Shown here piece by piece: positions 1-13,297 of a stretch of 64,000 nucleotides of DNA; the first letter of the stretch is position 1, and each line of letters opens with the position of its first letter. This DNA is from Adineta vaga (lineage: Eukaryota; Animalia; Rotifera): assembly GCA_021613535.1 (NCBI GenBank), contig CP075494.1, positions 6,014,001 to 6,078,000 of the forward strand, written 5' to 3'. A program made the translations under genes and the position numbers. Under the pieces are notes generated by a model, which saw only the letters and a program-made list of their open reading frames with translations, ran no database searches and had not been told where the DNA came from.

Positions 1-529
1 AAAATGAGAAATTTACTCAAAGAATAAGCATAGATAATCAATTGAAATATAATAAGAAATAATCGATTATATCGAAAATTTCTCAATCGTTGACAACATT
101 TCAATAGAAAAATAATCGAATAAAAGATAAAAACAAATGAATCAATCAGTAATAGAATATACAATTCAACATACGTTCGAGGATAATCAAACCGATAGAA
201 TTGATCAATTAGATTCAAATGAATATTCGTAAAAGCACGTGTGAATATGCATGTAACGATTATGATTATAAGAATAGCATAGATTAAAGGTATTAAACGA
301 AGAAAAGTATACCAAGACATAACTTATGTAAGAAACAATCTCTCAGGTAAGTTATCAATTTATCTACAAAGAAGGATATCATTCGTGTACAAGATCGAAC
401 GAGAATCTTATCTTTTAACAATACACACAGAAATTTATTATTATGAAATTAAAACATCGAAATTATCTTTTGATTTATCATAATTGAAAAATTATTTTAA
501 ATCTTACATTAATATAGAAAAGAAATCAT

Positions 530-2144
530 TTATGAAAAATCTCGATCAGGAAAGACAGCTGGTGCAATACATGTCCATACATACAATGCCACACATAACC
601 AACTCGATACAATTTTAACCCAAAGCGATGCTAGATTATTATTATATGTATGGAAATCTTTTGCTGGCGCATACCAACTATAAAAAAAGAAAACAATCAA
701 ATATTATCAAAAGAAATTCATTTCTCTCGTTACTTTGTTAATGTCATCATTGCATATAATGTTGCTAATAAAAACATTAAATGAAATAATGAATAATTAT
801 ATTTAATTGAACCACGTTCGTCATCATAAACGTGTTGATGATGTTGTTCATCTTTTCCTAAGATCCATTTATCATCAGTAATTGAATTGACCAATTGTGC
901 ATCATCTAATATTGTTGAATCGATCGATGATGATAAGAATAATTTTTTTGCACGACTATTACGTGAAGTGGTTACAACTGAATAGAAAAGTGTACAAATA
1001 AAAAGAATTAAACCAAGAATTGTTATTGGATCAGATAAATTTTGTTGTCGAATGGAATTTGTCAATAATGTCGAATTTGTTGGATGAATTATCGAAGAAA
1101 AACTTGGATTACATCGACTATCTGGATTATTACTCATTGCTGACCATGTATAATATATCACATAAAGACTTACAAATGATGATTGAAGAAGACCACACGA
1201 AGAATTATATTCTCGAACACATGGTAGAATTGATATGATTGATAATATCACACATAAACAAAGATTAAATGAAATAAAAAAAGTATGTAAACGACAAATG
1301 AATCGATCTGGAGCATAATAAATATAAAATAAAATGACAGCTGTGATTGTTACAATGTAAAAAAGAAAAGTAAAAAATAATAAACCATAGCCATGTTTTT
1401 TTGAACCTGATTCAACTTGATCAACCCAGGATTCATTCCAGCTAAATAAACAAAGATTTTTTATGAGATTTAAATCAATTCCAAATACTTACGAATGAAC
1501 GAAATCAATGGAAAAAAGTAATTGCACAAGAATAAACTAGTATAGAAAGAAATGTTCGTAGAAAGAAATCAGGACGAGTTTTACTTACAAAAAATCCACC
1601 AATTAATCCAACAATCATAAATGCATAATCAAAACCAGTATTTGGAATAAAAAAAGCTGCTACTATTAAACCAATTGCGATTAATATTTTAAATGCCCAA
1701 AAACCATTTTGTATTTTAGCTCTAAAATCATTCGAATTTCTTACTTTTATCATCTAAATAAACCGAAACTTTCAACAATCGAAAACACTTTCGAAACACT
1801 TAACTTACTACTAATGATAAAATACCAAAGAATAATGTTAAACCAAATGAAAGACGATAAACAGCAAGTGAACCAATAACTTTCGAGCAATCAATTATTG
1901 TTAATAATTGTTTATCTAATGCTGTATTTTTACATAAAGCAGGAATTTTATGTAGAAAATTTTCGAGGCCAGGTATTAGCATAATACACGATGTGATTAA
2001 ACCAGCAAGTAGAATCAAACTGTAAGCAATACGTGTGGATGTTGAACCTTTACAAGCTGGACATGCTGAACAACACAGTGAACAGAATGCATTGCCGAAA
2101 CAACATGCAATTGATGAACCCAAGGAACCAAGACAAAGACCCAT
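530..2144 (-). CDS. SERINC: Serine incorporator (Serinc/TMS1/TDE) family membrane protein, multi-exon
   Basis: Spliced translation gives MGLCLGSLGSSIACCFG...STSTRIAY, IQNGFWAFK, FILVQLLFSIDFVHSWNESW, GLLQSSFVSLYVIYYTWSAM, YNYSLFHLMFLLATLYAMMTLT and WVKIVSSWLCVALYVWTCIAPAVFPDRDFS*. All are Serinc hallmarks. Confidence 0.95.
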
Positions 2145-3120
2145 CTTTGTAAGAAAAAGATCTCAAATCTAAATATGACGTACGTATAAGGAATGTAATT
2201 GGATAGTTATGTATAAAAAGGCTAACAATTAAAAACAGAAGGTAGAAATCATCGAAAGAAAACACTTGTTCATCGATAACATTGTTGTCAATCAAACAGA
2301 TGGTTTTTATCTGAAATGAAAGATAACATGTAAATAACCATTGAAGGATGTTGATAATAATGAACTTATTCATTCAAAAGAGTCGATATCAATAAAAGAA
2401 AAAGAAAACATTTTCATAAATCTATTTTCAATTAATTTTTCTTTCTCTTTCTAAATTCAAAAAAAAACACAGTACACCATCATTCTCTTTTTTTTCAACC
2501 GTAACAAAATCACATAACACATTTCGTTTTTTTCCATTTTATTTTTTTTCGACGATTGATGTTCTTCTTCAGTTTTTTTTTCTCTTTTTCATTAAGAAAT
2601 CGTCGTTACACACACATAAACACATGAAGAAAATCCGAGACAAAAAAAGAATGAGAAAGAGAGAACAAGAAAATAAGCTTTGAGAATTAGAGCAAAGACA
2701 GAAAAAGAAGAGAAACATAAGACAAGAGAAAAGGAAAAAAAACGAATACAGTTTTGGTTAATCAGACATAAATCGACAATAACATCAACAAGAAAAATAA
2801 TATGTAAAACAGTCATTAGGAATCCATGTCAGAGAGGAAAAAACAATCGAATGAACAAGTAGTCGATATAGAAAATAACATGACAAGAAAAAGGACGGCT
2901 ATTTGCCGTATGTGTTTTTTTTTATAAAAGAAAAAGCAACAAAGAAGGAAAAAAAACTATTGGAGTATCTTCTTATCTGACTGAATCACCAAAAGAACAT
3001 ATCTCAATGATCATTGTAAGAAAATAAAAATAAACACATACTCTATCTATCTGTTTCTTGAAAAGAAAATATATGTATAGATATAGATATATATATATAT
3101 GTCGATTTGATTCGTTTAGT

Positions 3121-4826
3121 TTATATTGAAATGACTTCAGTTATTTCAAGTTGTTCTTCTTCATTGACAAGAATTTCATGTTGTTGTTTTTCTAAAGATG
3201 TAGGTGGTGTTGGTAACCAAGATAATCGATTAACAAGATTTCGAAATGGTCGATTATTGGTTATCGGTGGAATGAATTTCGGTCGTTTTTTATAGACATT
3301 ATCAAGTAAATCTAAGGAGATATTGTGTACTTGTATCGAATAGATCTCATCAGCTGGTATCGCAGGTGATGGACGAGATGCTGGAACTGGTATTGACATT
3401 AGATTTTGACCGAAATACAGTACATCAAAGAATGGTTTCATCCATTCACTGCATACATAGAGATCATCATCATTTAAAGCTAAAATCAAATATATTTTTT
3501 TTTCACATTTTTCACGAGAAAGATAACTTACAAGTAATCTGTTCAACAGGCCAACTTGGTTTACAGGCAAGGATAGCTGTTGCTGCTACAACATTCTTTG
3601 GAAATTGTGAATATTCCATATCAAGAGAACATAAATCGATTAACTAAAGTAAATGAATAGAATTTTTTACTTGGATTCTATGAAGCGAAAATCTTACTCG
3701 AACAGCAAGAGAAAATGTTTGCAAGAACATGGGTGTTCGATGTACATTTGTTAGAATGGATGTTTTTAAAACTTCACTATCTGATGAAGTTGAACATTTT
3801 GATATTGTTGATGATGATACACGTCGTTTTTTCTTACAACGATCTTTATGTGATGGTGTTACATTTGCTGATGTTGCTGGTGATGTTGAGAAACTATTAT
3901 TAGTATTATTCATTGTCTCTATATCAGATTCAATTTGAAGAAATGTTAATAACCAACTAATTGATGTCATTGGATTTATATACCAATTCAGTACCTTCGA
4001 AAAAAGGTGATATTATATTGAATTGATCAATTTAGAAGAAAACTTACATTCATTACATCTAATTCCATATCAAGAATATCATGTTCATCATATGCTTTAT
4101 CAGTAACATAAGCAAATTCAGATATACGTGGTGGATAGATTTCCTATACAAGAGAAGTCAGTGAGTTTTCGTTAGGAAAAAAACGAAAACACTTACTTCA
4201 ATTTTAGCAGCTATAAATAATGCTGTGATACCAAGTAATTGAAGTTTTGTTTTGGGTAGATTAGTTGTATTACATAAATACTGATCAACATACGCAATTG
4301 CTAGATGATATGTTTCTCGATGAAGATGATAAACTTCTGAAACCTGAAAAGAAAAAAACAAGAAAAACATAGTTATTTGTAAAAGAAAATGAATTGATTT
4401 TTTACTTCGATTAACCAATCACATAATACACACCGCATTCTAGGTGTTATTGCTGGATGTACATCAAGAAAGTTTGCATGACATTTGTATGTTTCATCAA
4501 ATGTCTTTGCTATCATATTTGACCATAATACATGAGAACGATGCCATGGTAAAGGTACAGATGATATATTCAGATGATCAATAATGATTCCATCATCATG
4601 ATCATCTGATTCTTTATTACAAGTATGTTTCACCATAACCATGTCTAGAATAGAATTGATTCTCTTTTTTTCCTTTTAATTCAAATATTACATGATTGAA
4701 ATTTAGAAGTTAAACTTTCTCAGAAAAGAAAAATGTAGATTGATCAAATATAAACGTACCGATTTGTTTGTGATTGTATTGATTTTCTTTATCACTGATA
4801 TCCTTACCAACATTGTCTTCTTGTAA
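3121..4826 (-). CDS. CCNE: Cyclin E (G1/S cyclin), multi-exon; 5' end uncertain
   Basis: Cyclin box PRMRCVLCDWLIEV|VSEVYHLHRETYHLAIAYVD...LQLLGITALFIAAKIE|EIYPP, MTSISWL, IQVHNISLDLLD, and a C-terminal LPTPPTS phosphodegron-like motif. The start codon is not resolved. Confidence 0.85.
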
Positions 4827-7197
4827 CTAGAAAGAAATAATAAATATACATATAGACAAATCCATCAATGGATATCAACTATCTCTCGATCTCGAATATT
4901 TCTCTTTCTTCTCGTTGTTACCACTTACATATAAACGAAATTCAGAGTGAAACCATTCCGAACGATACTGTTGCTGCATGAAAAATTATAAACAAAAAAA
5001 CAACAACATCAAAGTAAAAGACTTCACTTATTTTATCGTCCTCCTTTTTGGTTTTGTTTGGTAGTGGAATTACTATATATCCTCCGGTAAAGAACCGAAA
5101 AGAGAAGAGAAACGATATACATATAGAAAATAACAATAATAAACAAGTCGAATCATTTCGTCGAAGTGTAAAGCAGCGAACATGATGCACACAACTAGAC
5201 AAGACCTAATTTTTCACAAAGAAAAAGTCTTTCACATTTGTGAGACAGTTGAAAAGGTCCTGTGTAGATTGTGCAACACCTTCAGCAGCATGAATCAAAC
5301 TTTCTTTCATTCATTTACACTTTTTCTCCTCAGAAATCAAGTATTTATATACGAACGAGATAGATTTGATGAAAAGTCGTCAGTTGTTCATTTTTAACTA
5401 ATCGAAATCGATACGCTACTTTTTTTTTCTTCACTCGACTGAATAGACTTCAACAACTGACACTCAACATTGAACAGGTGTATCTGTACTAATGAGAGGA
5501 GAGAAGAAAGAAAGAAAGAAAGAAAAAGGATGCTTACATTGTCTGATTTTCCTTTTACATGAAAATTTTTCAAATGTTGATGATCAATAGTGTATAAATG
5601 AAGATTTTGAAGGAAAACTAGTTTGAAGTACACTGAAGTGGTTAAGTACACATATGATGAAGAATACTTAAGAAACACAGTGAGACTATATATACATTCT
5701 AATATTTTATTTGATTTTTCGTTTTACTCGAATTTATCGAGAGAAATATTTCAAAGGGGTCACTACATCTCTTAGTTCAAACGAAGAGAAAGAAGTGAAA
5801 TATTGCCGAACGACTAGACAGAGTTAATCTGCTGCACGTGGAAAGTTCACCATTTCTGATTCACTAAAAATGGGTATTTTCTATTATTTCGTTCGTTCTG
5901 TTTCATAGAAAGGAAGAATAATTCTTAGTAAAGCAGCAGAGACGATCGAATTAACTTTTGTCTCTATTTTTCGTTCACGCGATATCTATAATTTTACGGC
6001 CAACACGATGACCTCGTCGGACTACGAGAGACGTCTCTACATTATTCTCTTACCAAGAAAATGCAAATTTTGAACTATTTTCTAGTTCGTCTATAATACT
6101 ACTATCTTCGAGACAAATGTAAATTCGATGTTTTTCAGACAGCACGTTTTCTTCGTAAGATAATCTTAATATTTTTTTCAACTAGTCACGAATAGAGACT
6201 AGTACAGCTAATACAATAGCTATCAAGATTACACACAAAAGAATAAATCATTTTCGACTATTAACTTACTTCAATTTTGGCAAATTTGAATTTTCGTTCA
6301 TACATTTGTGAATGATCAGGCTAAAAAAGAAAGTACATCCAACAAATTTGAAGTTTAAAAAAAAATATATCTACCGATAATGATCGTTTTAATGAACGAA
6401 CTGTTGTTGTTGTATTTCCACCATCACTATTATCTGACATTTTTTTAAAGAGATAGAATATCTAAAAGACAGTGAAGATAATAACGTTAAGTTTTCAAAA
6501 TTTTGAAAAAAAAAGTCGTTATTCTTTTGTTTATTTGCAATAAAAGTAAAGCAAAACCTGTTCAATGTTTTCAATGAATGAAATATACAAATAAAGAATC
6601 GAAGTTAAGTAAAAAAAACAATTCGATATCGTCTATAGACGGTTAATTTCGTTCAATAGAACAAACACAACACAATTCAGACGACGGTTGTCATTCTGTT
6701 TATTTTCTGTTCTTTCTTTTTATCTTTGTTCTTCAGATAGCCATGAAATATTAGTGGACAGCAATAAGATAAAGATAGATGGCGTCAACTCTCGGACATC
6801 TAAATACGCAAAAACTGACATATTAATTCATTATATCTACTTGATATAAAAGTCAAGTAGAGTACAAGGTAGTTTCCATCGATATAGTATTATTATCAGT
6901 TTTGATATGCTTTAATTAAATCGTCTTTATTGATAGTATATACGATTCTTATCCTTTACTTATTCTTAATTACAAATTAGAATATTATCTTTTTTATCTT
7001 AATGATACTCGTGATCAATATTCATTGTTATTAAGTAAATCAAAAGAAAAAAAAACCTTTCTTTTTTTATTAGTCTTCTCCGGATGTTCTTTTTATGAGA
7101 AAATATCAAAGTTATGATTATGCATTTATAAGTAAAGCAAAAATATTATTAATTATTCTTTTTTGCGTTATCATTTTCCGTTTGTTACTTTCTTCGA

Positions 7198-8075
7198 ATG
7201 GATCAAACAGAACTGAGTACTATTGATACGGTAAGAATGATATTCTTCTCTCTGTATTTCTTTTTGTTTATTGCTTTGATAGAATCAATCGGGTTTTATC
7301 CGAAAGAAATCATCATTTTTACGTGATGGTTCTTATCGAATATTTCATATTACAAAACAACCAAATGAAACTGATGATGATCAAGAACAAAACAAGAATA
7401 CTGAAGAAACTTTAGAAAATAATCAATTACAAGAGAAATCTGTAAAACTACCTAGTCAAAATAGTTTAGTAAGCGATATATTTTCATCGAATAGATTTAT
7501 CCACACATTCTTTTTTTTCTCCAGAAACAGTTACTACTTCAAGCAACATCTTGTGAAACAAAATCTATGGAAATGAAAATATCACCAACATCATCACATC
7601 AATCCATGAATGATTTTTCTCCAGGAATTCTTTGTGTAAATGTTTATATGGAAATGATATGTAAATTTTTTTCTTTAATGTTTAATATAGGCTGATGCAG
7701 CATCGATGAATCTATTAGAAAAGAATAAACAAGACATAATGGTAAAAGTTCTGGATGAAACAACCAGACGTAGTACTTTATTTGCTCGTTCTGATAAATT
7801 CGAGTCACCAAATAGAAAACAGGTCCGAACTACGCATTAAATTCTAATTCATATATTTAAAAAAGAAGTATTTATGTCTGTAGGTTTTAATAAATACTCA
7901 TCCAGAATTACAGGCAAGTTTTCATCGACGACGTCAACGTTTTCTTGTTGCCTGTGGTACTGTTACGATAGCATTGACCGTTATCGTTACAATAACTATT
8001 TATGTCATTGTTATGACTGCAAAATATGTTGCACATATGAATCTATCAGCAGCTCATCGTCAACCGCTGATATAA
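7198..8075 (+). CDS. Hypothetical 5-exon protein (~218 aa) with one C-terminal transmembrane helix; not in the ORF track
   Basis: Manual phase-0 splicing over four GT-AG introns keeps one frame: MDQTELSTIDT|NQSGFIRKKSSFLRDG...|KQLLLQATSCE...|ADAASMNLLEK...|VLINTHPELQASFHRRRQRFLVACGTVTIALTVIVTITIYVIVMTAKY...PLI*. Confidence 0.7.
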
Positions 8076-8344
8076 GATTTTATACATATATATATATATA
8101 TTAAAAAATGATGTTGTCTTTATTAGTTGTTGTTGATTGATTATTGTATTTGTAAAAATCAACCAAATAGATTTCTTATTCAATTTTTCTTCTCTCGAAA
8201 AAGATTCTCTTTTACATCAGACAGTAAAAACCTTTCTTTCATCCAAACTTCTTTCGTAGAATAGTTCAATAAAGATTTTTGTTTTATTAGAATGTTTAAA
8301 TCAGTGTAACTATATATGTTTACATTCAATAGTTATAATAATAC

Positions 8345-8906
8345 TTAGAAACTGAGGAATGGCATGGTTGGAGGTGGTCGTGTTTTTAAAACGGCGATTT
8401 TTTGTTCAATAGTATCAAGAAGATTATAAATTTTATTTTGTGCTTCTTCTAAGTCTTCTAATGTAAATGTTGATGATAGAAATGACTTTTTCGAAACACT
8501 TGATGGATTTTGTATACGAAGAATTTCTCGTTGAATAATTGTGTTCGTAATTTGAAAACAACTTTGTAAAAATCGAAGAATCTTGAATTTATCAGCAACG
8601 TGTCTCTGCCGACCGGTAAGATTATCGATAAAATCTGTACTTGATTTGATTGTTGAAACATATCTAAAATGAATAATTGAAGAAATTGTATATACAAATC
8701 TTTCAATCTAACTTGATAATATTTTCTACAACGTTAAATAATCGATTTCGACCAGGTGATGATGAAGATGAAGTAGGAGAATTATCATCATTAATTGAAG
8801 ATGTAAGTAACAATGGCATTAATTGATCAGGAGTTAATGATCGACCGTAGATAATCATGGCTGAAGATGCAAGTATCAGAAGAATGAAGAATGTTGCTGT
8901 CGACAT
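8345..8906 (-). CDS. Hypothetical secreted protein (~170 aa), 2 exons
   Basis: Signal peptide MSTATFFILLILASSAMIIYG. A phase-2 intron (~8665-8712) joins ...VENIIK to YVSTIKSSTDFIDNL...LEEAQNKIYNLLDTIEQKIAVLKTRPPPTMPFLSF*. Confidence 0.7.
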
Positions 8907-9973
8907 AGTTAACAATCTAAAACTTCACCGAGAGAATGTATGAAGAGTTCATCAATCAAAATCAAATCACAGATGGGATTTGAATAGAAAACTGTACGGA
9001 TTAAATATCTGACTTTTGAATCTTACTAATCGTTTTTGTAAGGACAGATACTTATTCTAAAATTGCGTTTTCCTACGATATGTGCAAGTAAATGAACTAA
9101 AATAAAGTGTTTTAAACACACCCACGAGCGTGTCAAACATCAATTTATATTGGTACGTTTGAACCTTTAATACTCGTGTAATCATATGAACAACTACTGT
9201 CTAACAGAAATAGAAGCTAGTTTTGCCACGAGAAAACATTAAGCCATGTCGTCTTATGTATACTATAAAGTTCGATTCTTATCTTTACGTCAGTAGTACT
9301 ACCTTTTCATCACATTCAGACGTTATTTAAATTTACTTTTGGAGAAAAAAATCGAGCAGGATATTGTCTATAACATTAAAATAAAAGCAGAGAAAAAACC
9401 TACTTATTATCAATTAGTACAGATATTAGTAAGAGGTCACACACTTTCAGATGAAATCTATGTATTAAGATCAAGAAAGAATTTTATCGTGGGAGTCTTA
9501 TGCGAACTTCCGACTTCACATGTTTGATACATGATGGTAGCAGTATGCTTTTCTGAATAAAACTAGAATTCTTATACTGAAAAGAGAATATCATAGATAT
9601 GTTTCACTATATTAAAAATAATTCTCGGAGACAGATAATTTCCTGTCTCATCCGTAAAAACTAATATCGAATCATGTAAATAAACTAACGTACCAATATG
9701 TTATTGATGTTTTTCTATTCGCAACGTAATTCAATTTGTTTTCAACTATTAATATAATTCTCTATTCGTTTTTGTAAATTATAGGTTGATTTAAATGACT
9801 ATTGTCATCATAATCATTCTTGACTTGTATCTAGGGGAATGATTGAGATATGTGGTTAAAGAGTAAAACTTGAATTTATTTGTACTTAATAAACACAAAG
9901 AAAATCACATCTAAACATCGCAATGTTCATTTATTTTAAAATATTTTATCGCATTTTGATATTTATTTACAAT

Positions 9974-11583
9974 TCAGTTCAATTCTTTTAATAAAATATG
10001 ATATATTCGATGTAGTTTTTTCAAAGCTTGATTAGCCGATGGTGCCGTACTTGTTTCTAATTTCTTCTGTAAATTTTCTAGTCTCTGTCTTAATTCTTTC
10101 TTATTGAAATATTGATCTTGATCTTTATCAAAAAATATATTTCGTAAATTTTCTTCATGTAAAATTTTCTTCACCAATCCTAATTCTTCACTTGTGTAAC
10201 TTTTCTTTGCTCCTTCCATTGTATATCGAGTTAATTGATCGACATTCATTTCTGTTACTGAATCATCATTTTCTCTTCCAAATTTTAATATATCCGAAAA
10301 CCATCGATATACTTTCTTGCTATGTTGATTTTTAAGTGTGTCCGAAGGTAATTCAACACATGTTTGACATAGATTTGAAAACCACATTCCAATATCGTAA
10401 AGTTTTTTTGCTGAAGGAACAGGATCTACATTAAGTAATTCAATAGTCATCGTATTCGATGCAGTCATCACTGGTTCACATTGACCTAATCTATTCAATT
10501 GAAATTCTTCGTAAGTACAGATACTAATCTGAAGTTGCTCCTTGAAATTTTGATAACTAGTTGAACGTATACATTTGAAATATTTAACAAATTTTTGAAG
10601 TTTCGGTGAAATATATAAAACATGTGTTGATGAATCAAATGAAAGGACAGCATTAATTGGTACACTACGAAGAATTCCTAAAACATTTGGATCAGTTTTT
10701 GATAAGATTTTTCCTTGAGATAATTGAACACGAAAGTCAAAAATATCTGAATAAGAATTATCAATTGCATGAAATCGACTTGATGTTTTATCACGAATAA
10801 AATCAAAATTCATTGGATAATTTGGTTGAAAATATACCGAACAACATCGAAGTTGTTCATCATATCGAAAATGAAGAACAGAATAAGGATTACTTTTTGT
10901 TCCATATAATTGTACTTCATATGAATAAGTATTTGCAGAAATTTGTTGATATTCTAATTTTGTAATCGTATTCAATAACATTTTTGGAGTAGTGACACCT
11001 TTACATGTATAGAATGATGTTTTGTATTGTTTACCTATGAAAACAGAATAAAATATTAAAGTAAGAGCTGCATATATTGTTGGAGATAGAAACCTCGATT
11101 TCGAAGAAGAGTAAAATCTGTCAATGATATGGGTTGATCTGGTGTTAAATTCGTTCGAATTCCATATAAAATTCCAAAACGTATGTAAACTGAAAGAGGC
11201 ATTGTTTGTAACGATGGTTTTATCAATTCAATTGTTCGATCGTAATCATCAACAAAACGATGAAAACTAATGGATGAATCACTTGCAGTAGTTGAAATTA
11301 ATCGTGGAATATATAGATTTTTACCAAGATGCAATGTATTACTCGGTCCAGTATAGGATGAGAGTACAAGAAAGTTCTTTTCTTTATTCGTATGTTCAAA
11401 ATAGAGATAAAATACCGAATGATTTAAAGTGTTACAGTTTCCGCTGTGAGTGTCGTCTTTGGGTTTCTTTCTTGTTTTGAGATGATGTTTTGGTTTTTGA
11501 AAAAGTGATAAATCCGGATGTATATCAGTTGGAAATTCATAATCAGCAAATGGAAATAAATCCTCGTTCTTGTCCAAGGACAT
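9974..11583 (-). CDS. Hypothetical protein (~480-500 aa), at least 2 exons
   Basis: ORFs 11056-11583 and 9974-10981 join via an intron at ~11035-11092 (LLRNR|GKQYKTSFYTCKG...). No family recognised with confidence. Confidence 0.7.
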
Positions 11584-12036
11584 TTTGAAAAAAAGAATGA
11601 GTTTTTTTCTTTTAACTGCGAAGAAATAAAGATGAAGAAAAGAGAATTTTTATCGTTCTGTCTATTTTATTCTTTACACGTGGCAAGATTGTCAAAGAGA
11701 AAACGCCGTTGAGTAAAGAGTTCTTTCCTGTTGAACGACGAGTCAAGTAAATGTACGGATTCTCATATGAATAATGAAGTGATTTGTTTTATTCGAAATT
11801 TTTAGTCGTGTATAATGTTGTCCTCGCTAAGGACATCTGTTACTAATTATGATCAACAAATATTATTGTTGGTGATATGGTTTGATGATACTCATTTATC
11901 TTTCTTGTTTCGCTTGATCAAACGTAAAGGTATTCGAGGAGAAAACGAACGAATTGAATTGATCACCTGAGTTACGTCGAATACATAGTATACGTACGTA
12001 CGTAAATATCATCAAAATAAATATTTAGTGATCAGT

Positions 12037-12559
12037 ATGGGTTGTTGTACGTCTATTAAAGAATTAGATAAAGATCAAATTCATTCGCCGATTGCACTTG
12101 AAGTGAGAGGAAATACTTGTCGATATCATGGAACTACAGAACGAGGACGAATGCAGGTTTTATTATTATCTGTATTTTAATGACTAGTTTTGTTTTCTTC
12201 GATAGACATTGGGCAATGCTCATTTAGTTCTAACAGAAGATGGATTATATTCTCAAGTAATCGGTACTGCTTGTTGTGGAGATCGAGGTCATTTATATAT
12301 ACCTCTTGGTTCTATTTTAAGTGTTCGAGAACAAGACTGTAAATGATGAAACATTGAAATTAGATGTTAGTATGTTGTTTGTTTTATAGGGTTCAATGGT
12401 CTTTATCGACTTGATCGTCCACATCTTATTGTCACTTATCGAGTACCTCGAAAAGGTGAATTTCAAGTCGGTTGGCAAATGGATCATCCTAGTTATGAAC
12501 AATGGCATAGAGCCATTGAAAGACTTCTTGAACAGAAATTTATGATTAAATTACAATAA
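12037..12559 (+). CDS. Small N-acylated PH-like (GRAM / bacterial-PH-like) protein, ~140 aa, 3 exons; not in the ORF track
   Basis: Spliced product: MGCCTSIKELDK...GRMQ|TLGNAHLVLTEDGLYSQ...HLYIPLGSILSVREQD|WFNGLYRLDRPHLIVTY...QVGWQMDHPSYEQWHRAIERLL...*. Has an MGCC acylation motif, a PH-type strand pattern and a C-terminal W-containing helix. Confidence 0.75.
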
Positions 12560-13297
12560 TTCGATTTGCTATCAATTACATTTCATCTAACAGTATTTTT
12601 AATTACTTTAATCATTTTCAAAGATAAAATAACATTCAATGATTAATGTATATTGCCACGAAGCTTGCGGATTCTATCATCCTCATATCAATCTTGAGGG
12701 TGTGGGTGATCTTCTAATCATTATCTGTATATTTGATAGATATACGTACTACGTTTTTCTTCAGCACTGACTTCTGGACATTAGAGTATAATGTGTTAGA
12801 CCACATGTCTATGTGAATGAATGTAATATTATTCATTCCACTTACATAAGTTATTCAATCTTTCTTCAAAAGTACTATCGAATTTCTGTGATTAGTTCAA
12901 TATTATTGACCTTTGATAGAGAAAAGAGAATGTTCTCATGAATCTATTTATAATGTTAGCATGCGGTTTGTATTATTTTTTATTCATACTTTATTATACT
13001 TCAACAGGTCGCATTGTTTCACTTGCAACCTGTCAAGAAAGAACACAACAAAACATCAAGCCGTAATTACCTCAAGATGTATTTCTAAGAATAATTTTAG
13101 TTCATATTGATAATTTTATGTAGCTTTGAATCAAGTAATAGTTTTAAAAGATACTGCAAGATGCAAAAATTAAACTGGTGCATCAGAAAAGCTTTGTTGC
13201 TAGGTATACTAAAACGTTTATTATATTTTTGATGTACTAACTATGGTTTAGCGCTGGAAACAATACAAGATTCGTCATGCGACGTTGATGATCATTG

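Noticed and set aside
2592-2862. Short ORFs in A/T-rich intergenic or UTR DNA (also 4942-5678, 27365-27759, 37369-37624, 48128-48413, 61187-61690)
   Set aside because: Low-complexity F/K-rich translations, non-ATG starts, no motifs.
12676-12720. Hairpin CATCCTCA...TGAGGGTG as a possible Helitron 3' end near the ART-TPR gene
   Set aside because: No clear CTAG terminus at the expected spacing, and no other Helitron evidence.
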